Positions 1-9,246 of a stretch of 50,955 bases of DNA are shown here, one piece after another. Source of the stretch: Candidatus Doudnabacteria bacterium RIFCSPHIGHO2_02_FULL_43_13b (lineage in GTDB: Bacteria; Patescibacteriota; Doudnabacteria; UBA920; O2-02-FULL-48-8); assembly GCA_001777655.1 (NCBI GenBank), contig MFER01000006.1, positions 29,859 through 80,813 on the forward strand, read 5' to 3'. Position numbers and translations under genes: made by a program. The notes under the pieces are model-generated. The model was given only the letters and a program-made list of their open reading frames with translations, was not told the DNA's origin and ran no database searches. Position 1 is the stretch's first letter; every line of letters begins with the position of its first letter.

Positions 1-628
1 GGCCTCGATTAAAAATAATATCTATTATGGGTCGATCTCGGTATTGCGGCAGGAATTGGAACGAGGGAATTTGCTTGGTTGTTCTGCGGTGATGACCCAC
101 CTGGGTAGTTTTGGCGAACTATCCGATGCCCAGGGCTTCAAACGGGTAGTAGACGCATTAATCAAAGTTTTGGATGGTTATCGAGGCAAAACCCAGTTGC
201 TGCTTGAAATGTCAGCCGGCGCCGGCCGGATTATCGGCGATACTTTCTCAGAAATCGCTAAGATAATTTTTGATAAAAAACTAAAAAAGCTTGATTTAGG
301 GGTGTGTTTCGACACCTGTCACGCTTTTGCTTCTGGTTATGATCTGCGGAACAAAGGAAGCGTTGAAAAAACCCTAAAAGACTTTGATAAAACTATCGGT
401 TTGGAAAAATTGAAGTTAGTTCATGTTAATGATTCGAAAGGTGATTTAGGCAAACACCTAGACCGCCATGAGCACATCGGAAAAGGAAAGATTGGAATAG
501 GTGGATTTGCGGCATTAGCTTCGAATAAAATTTTAAGCCAACTGGATTGGATTTTGGAAACACCAAAGGACAACCCCAAGGATGATCAAAAAAACATTGC
601 CACTCTGCAAGCCTTAAGGTATACTTAA
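1..628 (+). CDS. nfo: Endonuclease IV (AP endonuclease family 2), 5' end runs off the window
   Basis: Frame is open from position 2. Motifs CFDTCHAFA, HVNDSK and DRHEHIGKGKIG are typical of Nfo metal-binding sites. Confidence 0.75.
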   Translation, partial: ASIKNNIYYGSISVLRQELERGNLLGCSAVMTHLGSFGELSDAQGFKRVVDALIKVLDGYRGKTQLLLEMSAGAGRIIGDTFSEIAKIIFDKKLKKLDLGVCFDTCHAFASGYDLRNKGSVEKTLKDFDKTIGLEKLKLVHVNDSKGDLGKHLDRHEHIGKGKIGIGGFAALASNKILSQLDWILETPKDNPKDDQKNIATLQALRYT

Positions 629-632
629 AAAT

Positions 633-1658
633 ATGGCTAATCCGCCCCAAACAATTAATATTTCCACCGTCACGATTCTGAAGGTCGTGCTGATTGGATT
701 GCTCTTGTGGTTTTTATGGGAAGCGCGTGATGTCCTTTTGATTTTATTAGGATCAGTCATAATCGCCTCAGCCATGGACCCTTTAGCCGATGCTTTATAT
801 AAACGTCGGATACCGCGAGCATTAAGTGTGCTGTTTGTTTATGTTGTGGTTTTAGGATTATTTGTTCTGGTCGGATTCCTGTTGGTCCCGGCAATTACTC
901 AACAGTTTAATGAAATCAAAAGCGCTGACGTTTATCAGACCTTTGTTTCCAAGATTGGGGGATTTAGGGAGACCTTGAGCCATTCTGATTTTGGAGTCAC
1001 GATTGAGAATAAAATAAAAGAATTCGCCAGCAGTTTTAGCAATACAGTATTTCAAACCACGAAAGGAGTGGCTTCTGGTATTGTCTCGTTTATTACCATC
1101 TTGGTTATTTCTTTTTATCTGACAGTGGAAGAGAACGGCATGAAAAATTTTATCAAATACTTGACCCCTTTTAAGCACCAAGCTTATATTACGATTTTAG
1201 TCAATAAAATTCAGAAAAAAATGGGGGCCTGGGTTTTGGGTCAGGTAATTTTATCCGCGGTGATTTTTGGTTTGGTATTTATCGGCCTGACCGCCCTGAA
1301 TGTCAAATACGCCTTAGTCTTAGCTTTGTTGGCCGGGCTTTTGGAAATCGTGCCATATATCGGACCATTTGTTTCAGGAGCGATTGCGACCTTTTTTGCT
1401 TTTTTACAAAGCCCAACACTGGCCGTCGCCGTGATAATTTTATGGGTAGTGACCCAACAGTTGGAAAGCAACGTCATAGTCCCGATTGTTATGAGCAGAA
1501 GCGTGGGATTAAATCCCGTCATGGTCATCTTAGGTATTTTGACCGGCGCTACTTTGGGTGGGATTATCGGGATATTATTGGCAGTGCCGGTTATGAGTGC
1601 GTTCTCGGTTTTTATCTCTGATGTGATAGAAGGACGCGAAGCCAGTGAAGAAGGCTAG
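633..1658 (+). CDS. AI-2E family (PerM/UPF0118) membrane transporter
   Basis: 341 aa with multiple TM segments. C-terminal LLEIVPYIGP and ESNVIVP motifs are typical of the family. Confidence 0.7.
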   Translation: MANPPQTINISTVTILKVVLIGLLLWFLWEARDVLLILLGSVIIASAMDPLADALYKRRIPRALSVLFVYVVVLGLFVLVGFLLVPAITQQFNEIKSADVYQTFVSKIGGFRETLSHSDFGVTIENKIKEFASSFSNTVFQTTKGVASGIVSFITILVISFYLTVEENGMKNFIKYLTPFKHQAYITILVNKIQKKMGAWVLGQVILSAVIFGLVFIGLTALNVKYALVLALLAGLLEIVPYIGPFVSGAIATFFAFLQSPTLAVAVIILWVVTQQLESNVIVPIVMSRSVGLNPVMVILGILTGATLGGIIGILLAVPVMSAFSVFISDVIEGREASEEG

Positions 1659-1721
1659 GCCAAAATTTAGCAATTTATGCTATAATACATTGGCCGAGAA
1701 GGCCATTTTTGTTATCAATTT

Positions 1722-3155
1722 ATGACTAAAGATCAAAAAAAATTCTATATCACGACCCCGATATATTATGTGAATGACAAGCCTCACATTGGCACTGCTT
1801 ATACTACTATCGCAGCCGATGTTTTGGCCAGACTCCACCGGCAACTGGGAGAAGAAGTTTTTTTCTTAACCGGCACAGACGAACACGGCGCGAAGATTGC
1901 CGCCGCCGCAGAAACCGCGGGAAAGAAACCCCAGGAGTTTGTCGATGAAATTTCGGCGAAATTTTCCTTGGCCTGGGATCAGCTTGGCATTGCGCCAGAT
2001 AAGTTTATTCGAACGACCGACCAGGAGCATATATCCGCCGTCGAAAAGTTTTTAAATCAACTGAAGGATTCGGGGAAAATTTATGAAGGCGAATATCAAG
2101 GCTTATATTGCGTCGGCCATGAAGCTTTCATCAAAGAATCTGAATTAGTCAACGGAGTTTGTCCGGATCATAAAACCAAGCCGCAACTTTTGAAAGAACA
2201 AAACTGGTTTTTTAAACTTTCTGAATATCAAAGTTTTTTGCAAGAGCAAATTACCAATCGAGATTTCGATATTCAGCCAGAAGCAAGAAAAAACGAAGTC
2301 CTATCTTTCATCAAACAAGGATTGGAAGATATTGCGATCTCTCGGCCGAACGTAAAATGGGGAATCCCGCTGCCCTGGGATAAAAATCAAACTGTTTACG
2401 TTTGGGTGGAAGCTTTGTTTAACTACTGCTCAGCCATCGGATATGGCCAGGATGATGAAAATTTTAAGAAATTTTGGCCGGCTGATGTGCAATTGATGGG
2501 GAAAGACATCATCAAGTTTCATTGTGTCATTTGGCCGGCGCTTTTGACAGCGATCGGTGAAAAAATTCCGAAAAAAGTTTTTGCTCATGGGTTTTTTACG
2601 GTGGCTGGGGAGAAAATGAGCAAGTCTTTAGGCAATGTGATTGATCCTAATGACTGGGTCGCTGGATATGGAGCTGATGCGGTTCGCTATTTCTTGCTGC
2701 GCGAAGTACCGTTTGGCCAAGACGGGGATGTTTCGGAGGATAAATTGAAAGTGCGATTCAACGGTGATTTAGCCAATGGTTTGGGTAATCTTTTTTCTCG
2801 CACCACCAACATGATTGAAAAATATTTAGACGGACAAATCGATAATTTTTACAAATCCCCCAAAGATCTTTCCGAAGCAAGCGAAGCTTTATATAATCTT
2901 GATTTTGCCCACGGTCTGGTCAAAATTTGGGAAGAGGTGGCGTGGGCGAATCAGTTGATTGATAAAGCGAAGCCTTGGGAACTTTATAAAACTGATCCGG
3001 GTAAAGTAAAAGAATTGCTGCTTAATTTAGCCGCCTTGCTGTTGGATATTGCGCTTAAACTTTCGCCAGTCATGCCGGAAACTGCCAATAAAATTCGGTC
3101 GACCTTAGAAGGTGGTGACATTAAGAAAGCGAAACCACTGTTTTTAAAAATATGA
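1722..3155 (+). CDS. metG: Methionyl-tRNA synthetase (short form, no C-terminal tRNA-binding domain)
   Basis: HIGH-like PHIGTAY and KMSKSLGN motifs. 477 aa. Confidence 0.9.
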   Translation: MTKDQKKFYITTPIYYVNDKPHIGTAYTTIAADVLARLHRQLGEEVFFLTGTDEHGAKIAAAAETAGKKPQEFVDEISAKFSLAWDQLGIAPDKFIRTTDQEHISAVEKFLNQLKDSGKIYEGEYQGLYCVGHEAFIKESELVNGVCPDHKTKPQLLKEQNWFFKLSEYQSFLQEQITNRDFDIQPEARKNEVLSFIKQGLEDIAISRPNVKWGIPLPWDKNQTVYVWVEALFNYCSAIGYGQDDENFKKFWPADVQLMGKDIIKFHCVIWPALLTAIGEKIPKKVFAHGFFTVAGEKMSKSLGNVIDPNDWVAGYGADAVRYFLLREVPFGQDGDVSEDKLKVRFNGDLANGLGNLFSRTTNMIEKYLDGQIDNFYKSPKDLSEASEALYNLDFAHGLVKIWEEVAWANQLIDKAKPWELYKTDPGKVKELLLNLAALLLDIALKLSPVMPETANKIRSTLEGGDIKKAKPLFLKI

Positions 3156-3173
3156 TCGAATAGATACCCAAAA

Positions 3174-3272
3174 GACCATCCCCGAGGCAAAGAATTAGCT
3201 AAGTAATCGGGGATCTATATAAAGCTTAATTAAGATTTCCGCTCACTCGTCTAGAGCTCGATGCGGGAATGG
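3174..3272 (+). repeat. Dual-hairpin intergenic repeat, long form, copy A
   Basis: catccccga..tcggggat hairpin, ctatataaagcttaattaagat linker, then ttccgc..gcgggaa hairpin. Near-identical to 7316-7415. Confidence 0.8.
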
Positions 3273-3280
3273 AGTCCCTT

Positions 3281-4114
3281 ATGTACTTCGACACTCATAC
3301 TCATGTTAACTTTGCGGCATTCAAAGATGACCGCGAGGAAACTATCCAGCGCGCCCTAGATGCGAAAACTTGGATGGTGAATGTTGGTACCCAAATCGAC
3401 ACCTCGAAAGCCGCGGTTGATTTGGCTTCAAAATATGCTCAAGGAGTTTATGCCGCGATTGGTCTGCACCCGATCCACACTTGGCAGCAAATGGTGGATG
3501 AGGAAGAAAGTCATTTTCAAACTAGAGCCGAATACTTCGATACTATCTTGTATCATAGTATGATTACGGATAAAGTTGTGGCAGTGGGCGAGTGCGGGTT
3601 GGATTACTTTCGATTGCCAAAAGAAGATCAGCAAACAACAATCAGTAAACAGAAGACAGAATTTATTAAGCAAATCGATTTTGCAAAAAAGCACGATCTG
3701 GCCCTGATTGTTCACTGTCGGGATGCTTATGAGGATGTCCTGGAAATATTGCGGGCAAATTACGCCGATGGCCGAGGGATTATTCATTCGTTTACTGATA
3801 CTTGGGATACCGCAAAGAAATTTTTGGACTTTGGTTTCTATGTGGCGTTGAATGGCATCTTGACCTTTGACAAAACAGGTAAGCTTGCCGAAGTTGCTAA
3901 TAATACGCCTTTGGATCGATTGCTGATTGAAACTGACGCGCCTTACCTAACCCCGCCACCATATCGCGGGAAACGAAATGAACCAAGCTTTGTGCAATAT
4001 GTGGCCAAAAAAATCGCGGAGATTAAAAAAGTAAGCCTAGAAGAGGCAGGCGAGCAAACTTTTCAAAATGCTTGTAAATTGTTTAAGATTAATCCAGTGC
4101 CACTTTTAAAATAG
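3281..4114 (+). CDS. tatD: TatD family metal-dependent hydrolase/DNase
   Basis: MYFDTHTHVN start, GECGLDY, and HCRDA..IIHSF..ETDAPYL motifs. The ATG at 3269 lies inside the repeat hairpin, so 3281 is preferred. Confidence 0.85.
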   Translation: MYFDTHTHVNFAAFKDDREETIQRALDAKTWMVNVGTQIDTSKAAVDLASKYAQGVYAAIGLHPIHTWQQMVDEEESHFQTRAEYFDTILYHSMITDKVVAVGECGLDYFRLPKEDQQTTISKQKTEFIKQIDFAKKHDLALIVHCRDAYEDVLEILRANYADGRGIIHSFTDTWDTAKKFLDFGFYVALNGILTFDKTGKLAEVANNTPLDRLLIETDAPYLTPPPYRGKRNEPSFVQYVAKKIAEIKKVSLEEAGEQTFQNACKLFKINPVPLLK

Positions 4115-4206
4115 CTAATAATTACAAAGAATGATAATTGTTGAAATAATTAAATTTATACTATACAGATAATTCCACAAAAGTGGTGCTGGATAAAAGC
4201 ATAAAC

Positions 4207-7185
4207 ATGGAACTTTACGACCACCAAAAAATAGAAAAGAAGTGGCAGAAGGCCTGGGAGAAGGACGGGTTATATAAAACCCCGGACCTGCCTGGCCGGC
4301 AGGCAGGGAAGCCCAAAAAGAAAAAATATATTTTAGATATGTTTCCGTATATATCTGGAGCCGGACTGCATGTAGGCCATCCGGAAGGATATACTGCCAC
4401 GGATATTTATAGTCGCTTTTTAAGAATGCAGGGTTATGATGTCTTACACCCAATCGGTTGGGATGCTTTTGGCTTGCCCACTGAGAACTTCGCGATTAAA
4501 TCGGGGATTCCGCCCCAGGAATCAGTAAAGAAATATGCCGATCGTTTCGAAGAACAGATTAGGTCGTTTGGCTTTTCTTATGACTGGGATCGATTGATTA
4601 ATACTTCGGATCCGAAATATTACCGCTGGACGCAGTGGCTATTTTTACAATTATATAAACATGGTTTGGCCTATAAAAAAGAGGCCTACGTCAACTGGTG
4701 CCCGAAGGATCAAACCGTGCTGGCCAACGAGCAGGTCGTGGATGGCTGTTGCGAACGCTGTGGGACAAAAGTCGAGCAAAAACTTTTGAATCAGTGGTTT
4801 TTCAAGATAACAGATTATGCGGACCGACTGCTCGCGGACTTAGACGGACTGGATTGGCCAGAGCCGATTAAGGCGATGCAGAGAAATTGGATCGGCAAAA
4901 GCGAGGGCGCGGAGATTGAGTTTGAGATCTCCGATTCCAAGGTGAAGCGGTTTGTTATTTTACACGGTAAGCACGGAACTTCTAAATTAAATTTTATCCC
5001 ATGGTTGAAATCTAGTCTTGAGAAACAGGGATACGAGGTCCAAGCACCCGATATGCCAGGTACAGAAGAGCCGAATGATTTAGAGCAGGCGGATTTTGTG
5101 CAGAAAAATTGCAAATTAGATAAAAATACTGTCATTCTCGGTCATTCCTTTGGAGGAATTGTGGCATTGCGACTGTTAGAAAGAGGTATTGGGGTTCATG
5201 GCGTAGTTTTTGCCGCAACTCCGATGTCGAGTACGTTTTTAGATGGCAAAGTTCGGCGAACTGTGGCTGAGGCTATCAACCGCGGGTTTGATTTCGAAAA
5301 AATTAAACGGCAAACTGATTATGTTAAAATTTTAGTGGATTCAACTGATACGGTTGTACGACTTCAAGATGGCGATATTTTGGCCGATAAATTAAATTCG
5401 TTGAAGCAGCTGTTTGCGGGCACAGTACCGCATTTTTGTGGAAAAGAGGAACCAGCACTTTTAGAAGCGCTTACGTCAAAAATTAAAGTCTTCACCACCC
5501 GAGTTGATACTTTATTTGGCGCCACTTATTTAGTTTTGGCGCCGGAACACCCTCTGGTGGATCAAATCACAACTGCTGATCAGAAAAATTACGTAATTAA
5601 TTACGTAATTAAATCCAAAGAGAAAACCGAACTGCAAAGAACCGCGCTGGAAAAAGAAAAAACTGGGGTGTTTACCGGTGGTTTCGCCATCAACCCCGCA
5701 ACCAAAGAAAAAATTCCAGTCTGGATCGCGGATTATGTGCTTATGGGTTATGGCACCGGCGCGATCATGGCTGTACCGGCTCATGATGAAAGGGATTTTG
5801 AGTTTGCGAAAAAATACAAACTGCCGATCAGACAAGTGATAGAGCCGCCAAAGGTTATAAATGCCCTAACGGATATTTCCCCTGCTCCTGATGGGATTTT
5901 CGGCGTCCTGCCCACAGATTTAGAAAGCGATTGCTGGATTGGCGATGGGACGCTTATTAATTCTGGTGACTATGATGGACATAAATCAGAAAAAGTCAGA
6001 ATGCAGATGACAAAAGAATTTGGCCAACTTAAAATCCAATACAAACTCCGCGATTGGCTGGTTTCCCGCCAAAGATACTGGGGCGCACCGATCCCGATTA
6101 TTTATTGCGATGATTGCGGGAAGCAGGCAGTGCCAGAAAAAGATCTACCGGTGTTATTGCCGACCGATGTGGACTTTCTGCCAACAGGCGAATCGCCGAT
6201 TGCTCGATCTAAATCTTTCCACCAAGTGAAATGTCCAAACTGCGGCCAGGCGGCGCGGCGGGATTCGGATACCATGGATACGTTCGTAGATTCCGCTTGG
6301 TATTTTTACCGGTTTACTGATCCGCATAATGACAAACAATGGGCCGATAAAAAACAGATTAAACAGTGGCTGCCAGTGGACGTGTATGTGGGCGGGGCCG
6401 AGCATGCGGTGTTGCATTTACTTTACGCCAGGTTTATTACCAAGGCTTTTCGAGATTTTAAATTGATAGATTTTGAGGAACCATTTTCGAAATTACGCAA
6501 CCAAGGCCTAATTTTGGGGCCGGATGGCGAAAAGATGAGTAAGTCTCGAGGTAACGTGATTAACCCAGACGAGGTGATTGCCGAATGGGGCGCCGATGCC
6601 TTCCGGCTATACGAAATGTTCATGGGGCCCTTGGAAGACAGCAAGCCTTGGAACACTACAGGTATCGTTGGTCTGAGCAGGTTTTTGGAAAAAGTTTGGA
6701 GACATGGCACGCGTCATCCTGAACTTGATTCAGGATCCAGCATAAAGATTCACAAGCTTATCAAAAAAATCGGGTCAGACATCGAATTTTTTAAATTCAA
6801 TACGGGGATTGCGGCGTTCATGCAGTTTTTGAACGAAAACAAATCACTGTCAAAACAAGATCTGGAAGTATTTTTGGTCTTGTTAGCGCCATTTGCACCG
6901 CATATTACCGAAGAGCTTTGGCACAATTTCGGTCATAAAGATTCGATTCATCAGCAACCGTGGCCAAAATTTGACGAGAAACTGATCGAGGATAAAAACG
7001 TGACAATAGTAGTCCAAATTTTGGGCCGAGTCCGCGCTTCGTTTGAATTGCCAGCAGGCACAAGCCAGCAGGCAGTAAAAGATAAAGCCATTAGCAATGC
7101 CAATGTCAAAAAATATCTGGACGGAAAACAAATCATCAAAGAAATTTTCGTGCCGGATAAGTTGATTAATTTTGTGGTGAAATAA
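4207..7185 (+). CDS. leuS: Leucyl-tRNA synthetase with an inserted alpha/beta-hydrolase domain
   Basis: HVGHPEGY (HIGH), KMSKSRGN, CP1 editing motif TTRVDTLFGATY, and the YGTGAIMAVPAHDERDFEFA block. The track ORF starts at GTG 4183; ATG 4207 (MELYDHQKIEKKWQ) fits family N-termini better. Confidence 0.9.
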   Translation: MELYDHQKIEKKWQKAWEKDGLYKTPDLPGRQAGKPKKKKYILDMFPYISGAGLHVGHPEGYTATDIYSRFLRMQGYDVLHPIGWDAFGLPTENFAIKSGIPPQESVKKYADRFEEQIRSFGFSYDWDRLINTSDPKYYRWTQWLFLQLYKHGLAYKKEAYVNWCPKDQTVLANEQVVDGCCERCGTKVEQKLLNQWFFKITDYADRLLADLDGLDWPEPIKAMQRNWIGKSEGAEIEFEISDSKVKRFVILHGKHGTSKLNFIPWLKSSLEKQGYEVQAPDMPGTEEPNDLEQADFVQKNCKLDKNTVILGHSFGGIVALRLLERGIGVHGVVFAATPMSSTFLDGKVRRTVAEAINRGFDFEKIKRQTDYVKILVDSTDTVVRLQDGDILADKLNSLKQLFAGTVPHFCGKEEPALLEALTSKIKVFTTRVDTLFGATYLVLAPEHPLVDQITTADQKNYVINYVIKSKEKTELQRTALEKEKTGVFTGGFAINPATKEKIPVWIADYVLMGYGTGAIMAVPAHDERDFEFAKKYKLPIRQVIEPPKVINALTDISPAPDGIFGVLPTDLESDCWIGDGTLINSGDYDGHKSEKVRMQMTKEFGQLKIQYKLRDWLVSRQRYWGAPIPIIYCDDCGKQAVPEKDLPVLLPTDVDFLPTGESPIARSKSFHQVKCPNCGQAARRDSDTMDTFVDSAWYFYRFTDPHNDKQWADKKQIKQWLPVDVYVGGAEHAVLHLLYARFITKAFRDFKLIDFEEPFSKLRNQGLILGPDGEKMSKSRGNVINPDEVIAEWGADAFRLYEMFMGPLEDSKPWNTTGIVGLSRFLEKVWRHGTRHPELDSGSSIKIHKLIKKIGSDIEFFKFNTGIAAFMQFLNENKSLSKQDLEVFLVLLAPFAPHITEELWHNFGHKDSIHQQPWPKFDEKLIEDKNVTIVVQILGRVRASFELPAGTSQQAVKDKAISNANVKKYLDGKQIIKEIFVPDKLINFVVK

Positions 7186-7193
7186 CTCTTTCA

Positions 7194-7290
7194 ATGAGAG
7201 ATTTAAGAAAAAAGCAAACTCCTCAAGAAAAAAGACTTTGGTTTTTGATTAAAGATCGATAGCTTCGATGCAAATTCAGAAGACAAGTAA
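7194..7290 (+). pseudogene. DUF559 (Vsr-like endonuclease domain) N-terminal remnant with an in-frame stop
   Basis: Translates MRDLRKKQTPQEKRLWFLIKDR*LRCKFRRQ, matching the recalled DUF559 N-terminal signature (LRKNxTxxEkxLWxxLrnr..gxKFRRQ). It is truncated afterwards. Confidence 0.5.
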
Positions 7291-7315
7291 AAAAAGTTAT
7301 AAAATCCTTTCCTTT

Positions 7316-7415
7316 AGACCCATCCCCGAGGCAAGAATTAGCTAAGCGATCGGGGATCTATATAAAGCTTAATCAAGATCCCCGCTCACAATAGGAAAGC
7401 CAAAGTGCGGGGATG
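7316..7415 (+). repeat. Dual-hairpin intergenic repeat, long form, copy B
   Basis: Same architecture and near-identical sequence to 3174-3272. Confidence 0.8.
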
Positions 7416-7427
7416 GAACTCTATTTT

Positions 7428-8063
7428 ATGATTCAATTAGAGAAAGCTGTCCAAGTTCTCAAAGCTGGTGGGATTGTTGTTTATCCCACGGACACGGCTT
7501 ATGGTTTGGCCGCGGATGCAATGAATCCTAGTGCGGTCAAAAAACTCTATGCGCTCAAAGGCCGAGATTTTAAAAAACCAATTCATGTCATTTGTCCGAG
7601 CAAATACTACCATACTTCGAATGATGGTAGTGTTTGCCCAGTAAGGATCAACCAACCGGCCCGGAAGTTAATAAAGAAATTTTGGCCGGGGCCGCTGACA
7701 ATTGTTTTGCCGCTTAGGGCGAAAGGCAAATCATGGCAAATGCTTTCGGCTGGAACCAAAACTCTCGGGGTGCGCATGCCAAATAACCAGACAGCCTTGG
7801 CATTAGTTGAACGATTTGGCAAACCGATCACGACCACTTCGGCGAATCTAGCGGGTCAGTCGGCCTGTTATTCAGTAGAAGAAGTTAGAAAGCAATTCGG
7901 CTCACGTATATATGCGCGTATATATGGACGTATATACGTGTTAGATGGCGGAAAATTGCCAAAAACTAAACCATCTACCATTGTATCTTTATTAAACGGA
8001 CGTGTTAGAATATTAAGAGTAGGACCAATCAGCGAAAAACAGATAAAAAAAGCGTTAAACTAA
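7428..8063 (+). CDS. tsaC: L-threonylcarbamoyladenylate synthase (TsaC/YwlC/Sua5 family)
   Basis: GGIVVYPTDTAYGLAADA, KGRDFKKP, TTTSANLAGQ motifs. The track start 7413 lies inside the repeat hairpin. Confidence 0.8.
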   Translation: MIQLEKAVQVLKAGGIVVYPTDTAYGLAADAMNPSAVKKLYALKGRDFKKPIHVICPSKYYHTSNDGSVCPVRINQPARKLIKKFWPGPLTIVLPLRAKGKSWQMLSAGTKTLGVRMPNNQTALALVERFGKPITTTSANLAGQSACYSVEEVRKQFGSRIYARIYGRIYVLDGGKLPKTKPSTIVSLLNGRVRILRVGPISEKQIKKALN

Positions 8064-8072
8064 AAAGCAAAA

Positions 8073-9242
8073 ATGTTCATCTCAAGTCATCTTCCGCATT
8101 ATTTTTCCTTTCGAATTAATCGCGAGGTCAGAGAAATTTATTGGCACACGGCCATATATAATTTGGCCTTGGCCATAGTATATATTTTCGAGCCAATTTA
8201 CCTGTATAAACTTGGTTACAGTTTGGCCGATATTTTAGCGTTCTTTTGTGAAATTTATGTTGCTTATGCGATTTTAGTTTTTTTAGGCGCCAAGATTGCC
8301 AGCAAAATTGGATATAAACACTCAATATTAATTTCCTCGGTTTTTTATATTTGTTATTGGCTGACCTTGGTTGGCATTGCAAAGATAGGCTGGTTGTTTT
8401 ATCTCTCTCCGGTAATGTTTGCTTTGCAAAAATCTTTCTTTTGGCCGGCGTATCACGCGGATATCGCCATCAACTCCCTTCATCAGCAGCGGGGCAGAGA
8501 GGTGGGTGTTTTGTTTTCTTTAATTGAGCTGGCCATGATTGCCGGACCGCTGATCGGCGGCCTCGTCTCCTACATCTTTGGTTTTTGGATTTTATTTGCC
8601 ACCGGATCAATCTTGTTGTTATCATCTCTAATCCCGTTGTTTCGGTCAGCGGACATTCATAACCACCACGAATTTAGATTGAAAGATTTTTTACTGGTGT
8701 TAAAACGGCACAAAACTAATTTTTTCGGCTATTGGGGTTATGCGGAAGATCTGATGTTAGGCACACTGTGGCCAGTTTACATTTTTCTGGTGGTGCCGTA
8801 TTTTGTTTTAGTCGGGGCGGTCACGACAGTTGCCAGTTTGGTTGGTAGCGTGTTAATGTTGTACTTAGGTAAATTGGCTGATAAAATAAAACGGACGTTG
8901 CTCATAAAAATAAGCTCCGTCTTCTATGGGTTTACTTGGATGTTTAGGTTTTTGGCCGCAACCCCGCCACTTGTTGTAGTATTTGATGTTTTAACTAGAA
9001 TCGGCAAAGGGATGGTCAATATTCCCATGGTTTCGCTAACTTATGATTTGGCCGGCAGCAGAACGACTGATTACGCGATAGCTTATAGTGTTTTTTACGA
9101 ATTTAGTTTATCTATCGCAAAAATTTTCACGACCTTGGTTGGCATCTGGATTCTGACTAAAACAGGAAATGTGCAATACGTCTTCATTCTAGCCGGAGTC
9201 CTCACCATGTTTTACGGATTTTTGAAAGATAAGAAGAAATAA
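8073..9242 (+). CDS. Polytopic membrane protein, MFS-like transporter
   Basis: 389 aa with about 10-12 hydrophobic segments and no sharp motif recognised. Confidence 0.45.
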   Translation: MFISSHLPHYFSFRINREVREIYWHTAIYNLALAIVYIFEPIYLYKLGYSLADILAFFCEIYVAYAILVFLGAKIASKIGYKHSILISSVFYICYWLTLVGIAKIGWLFYLSPVMFALQKSFFWPAYHADIAINSLHQQRGREVGVLFSLIELAMIAGPLIGGLVSYIFGFWILFATGSILLLSSLIPLFRSADIHNHHEFRLKDFLLVLKRHKTNFFGYWGYAEDLMLGTLWPVYIFLVVPYFVLVGAVTTVASLVGSVLMLYLGKLADKIKRTLLIKISSVFYGFTWMFRFLAATPPLVVVFDVLTRIGKGMVNIPMVSLTYDLAGSRTTDYAIAYSVFYEFSLSIAKIFTTLVGIWILTKTGNVQYVFILAGVLTMFYGFLKDKKK

Positions 9243-9246
9243 TATT

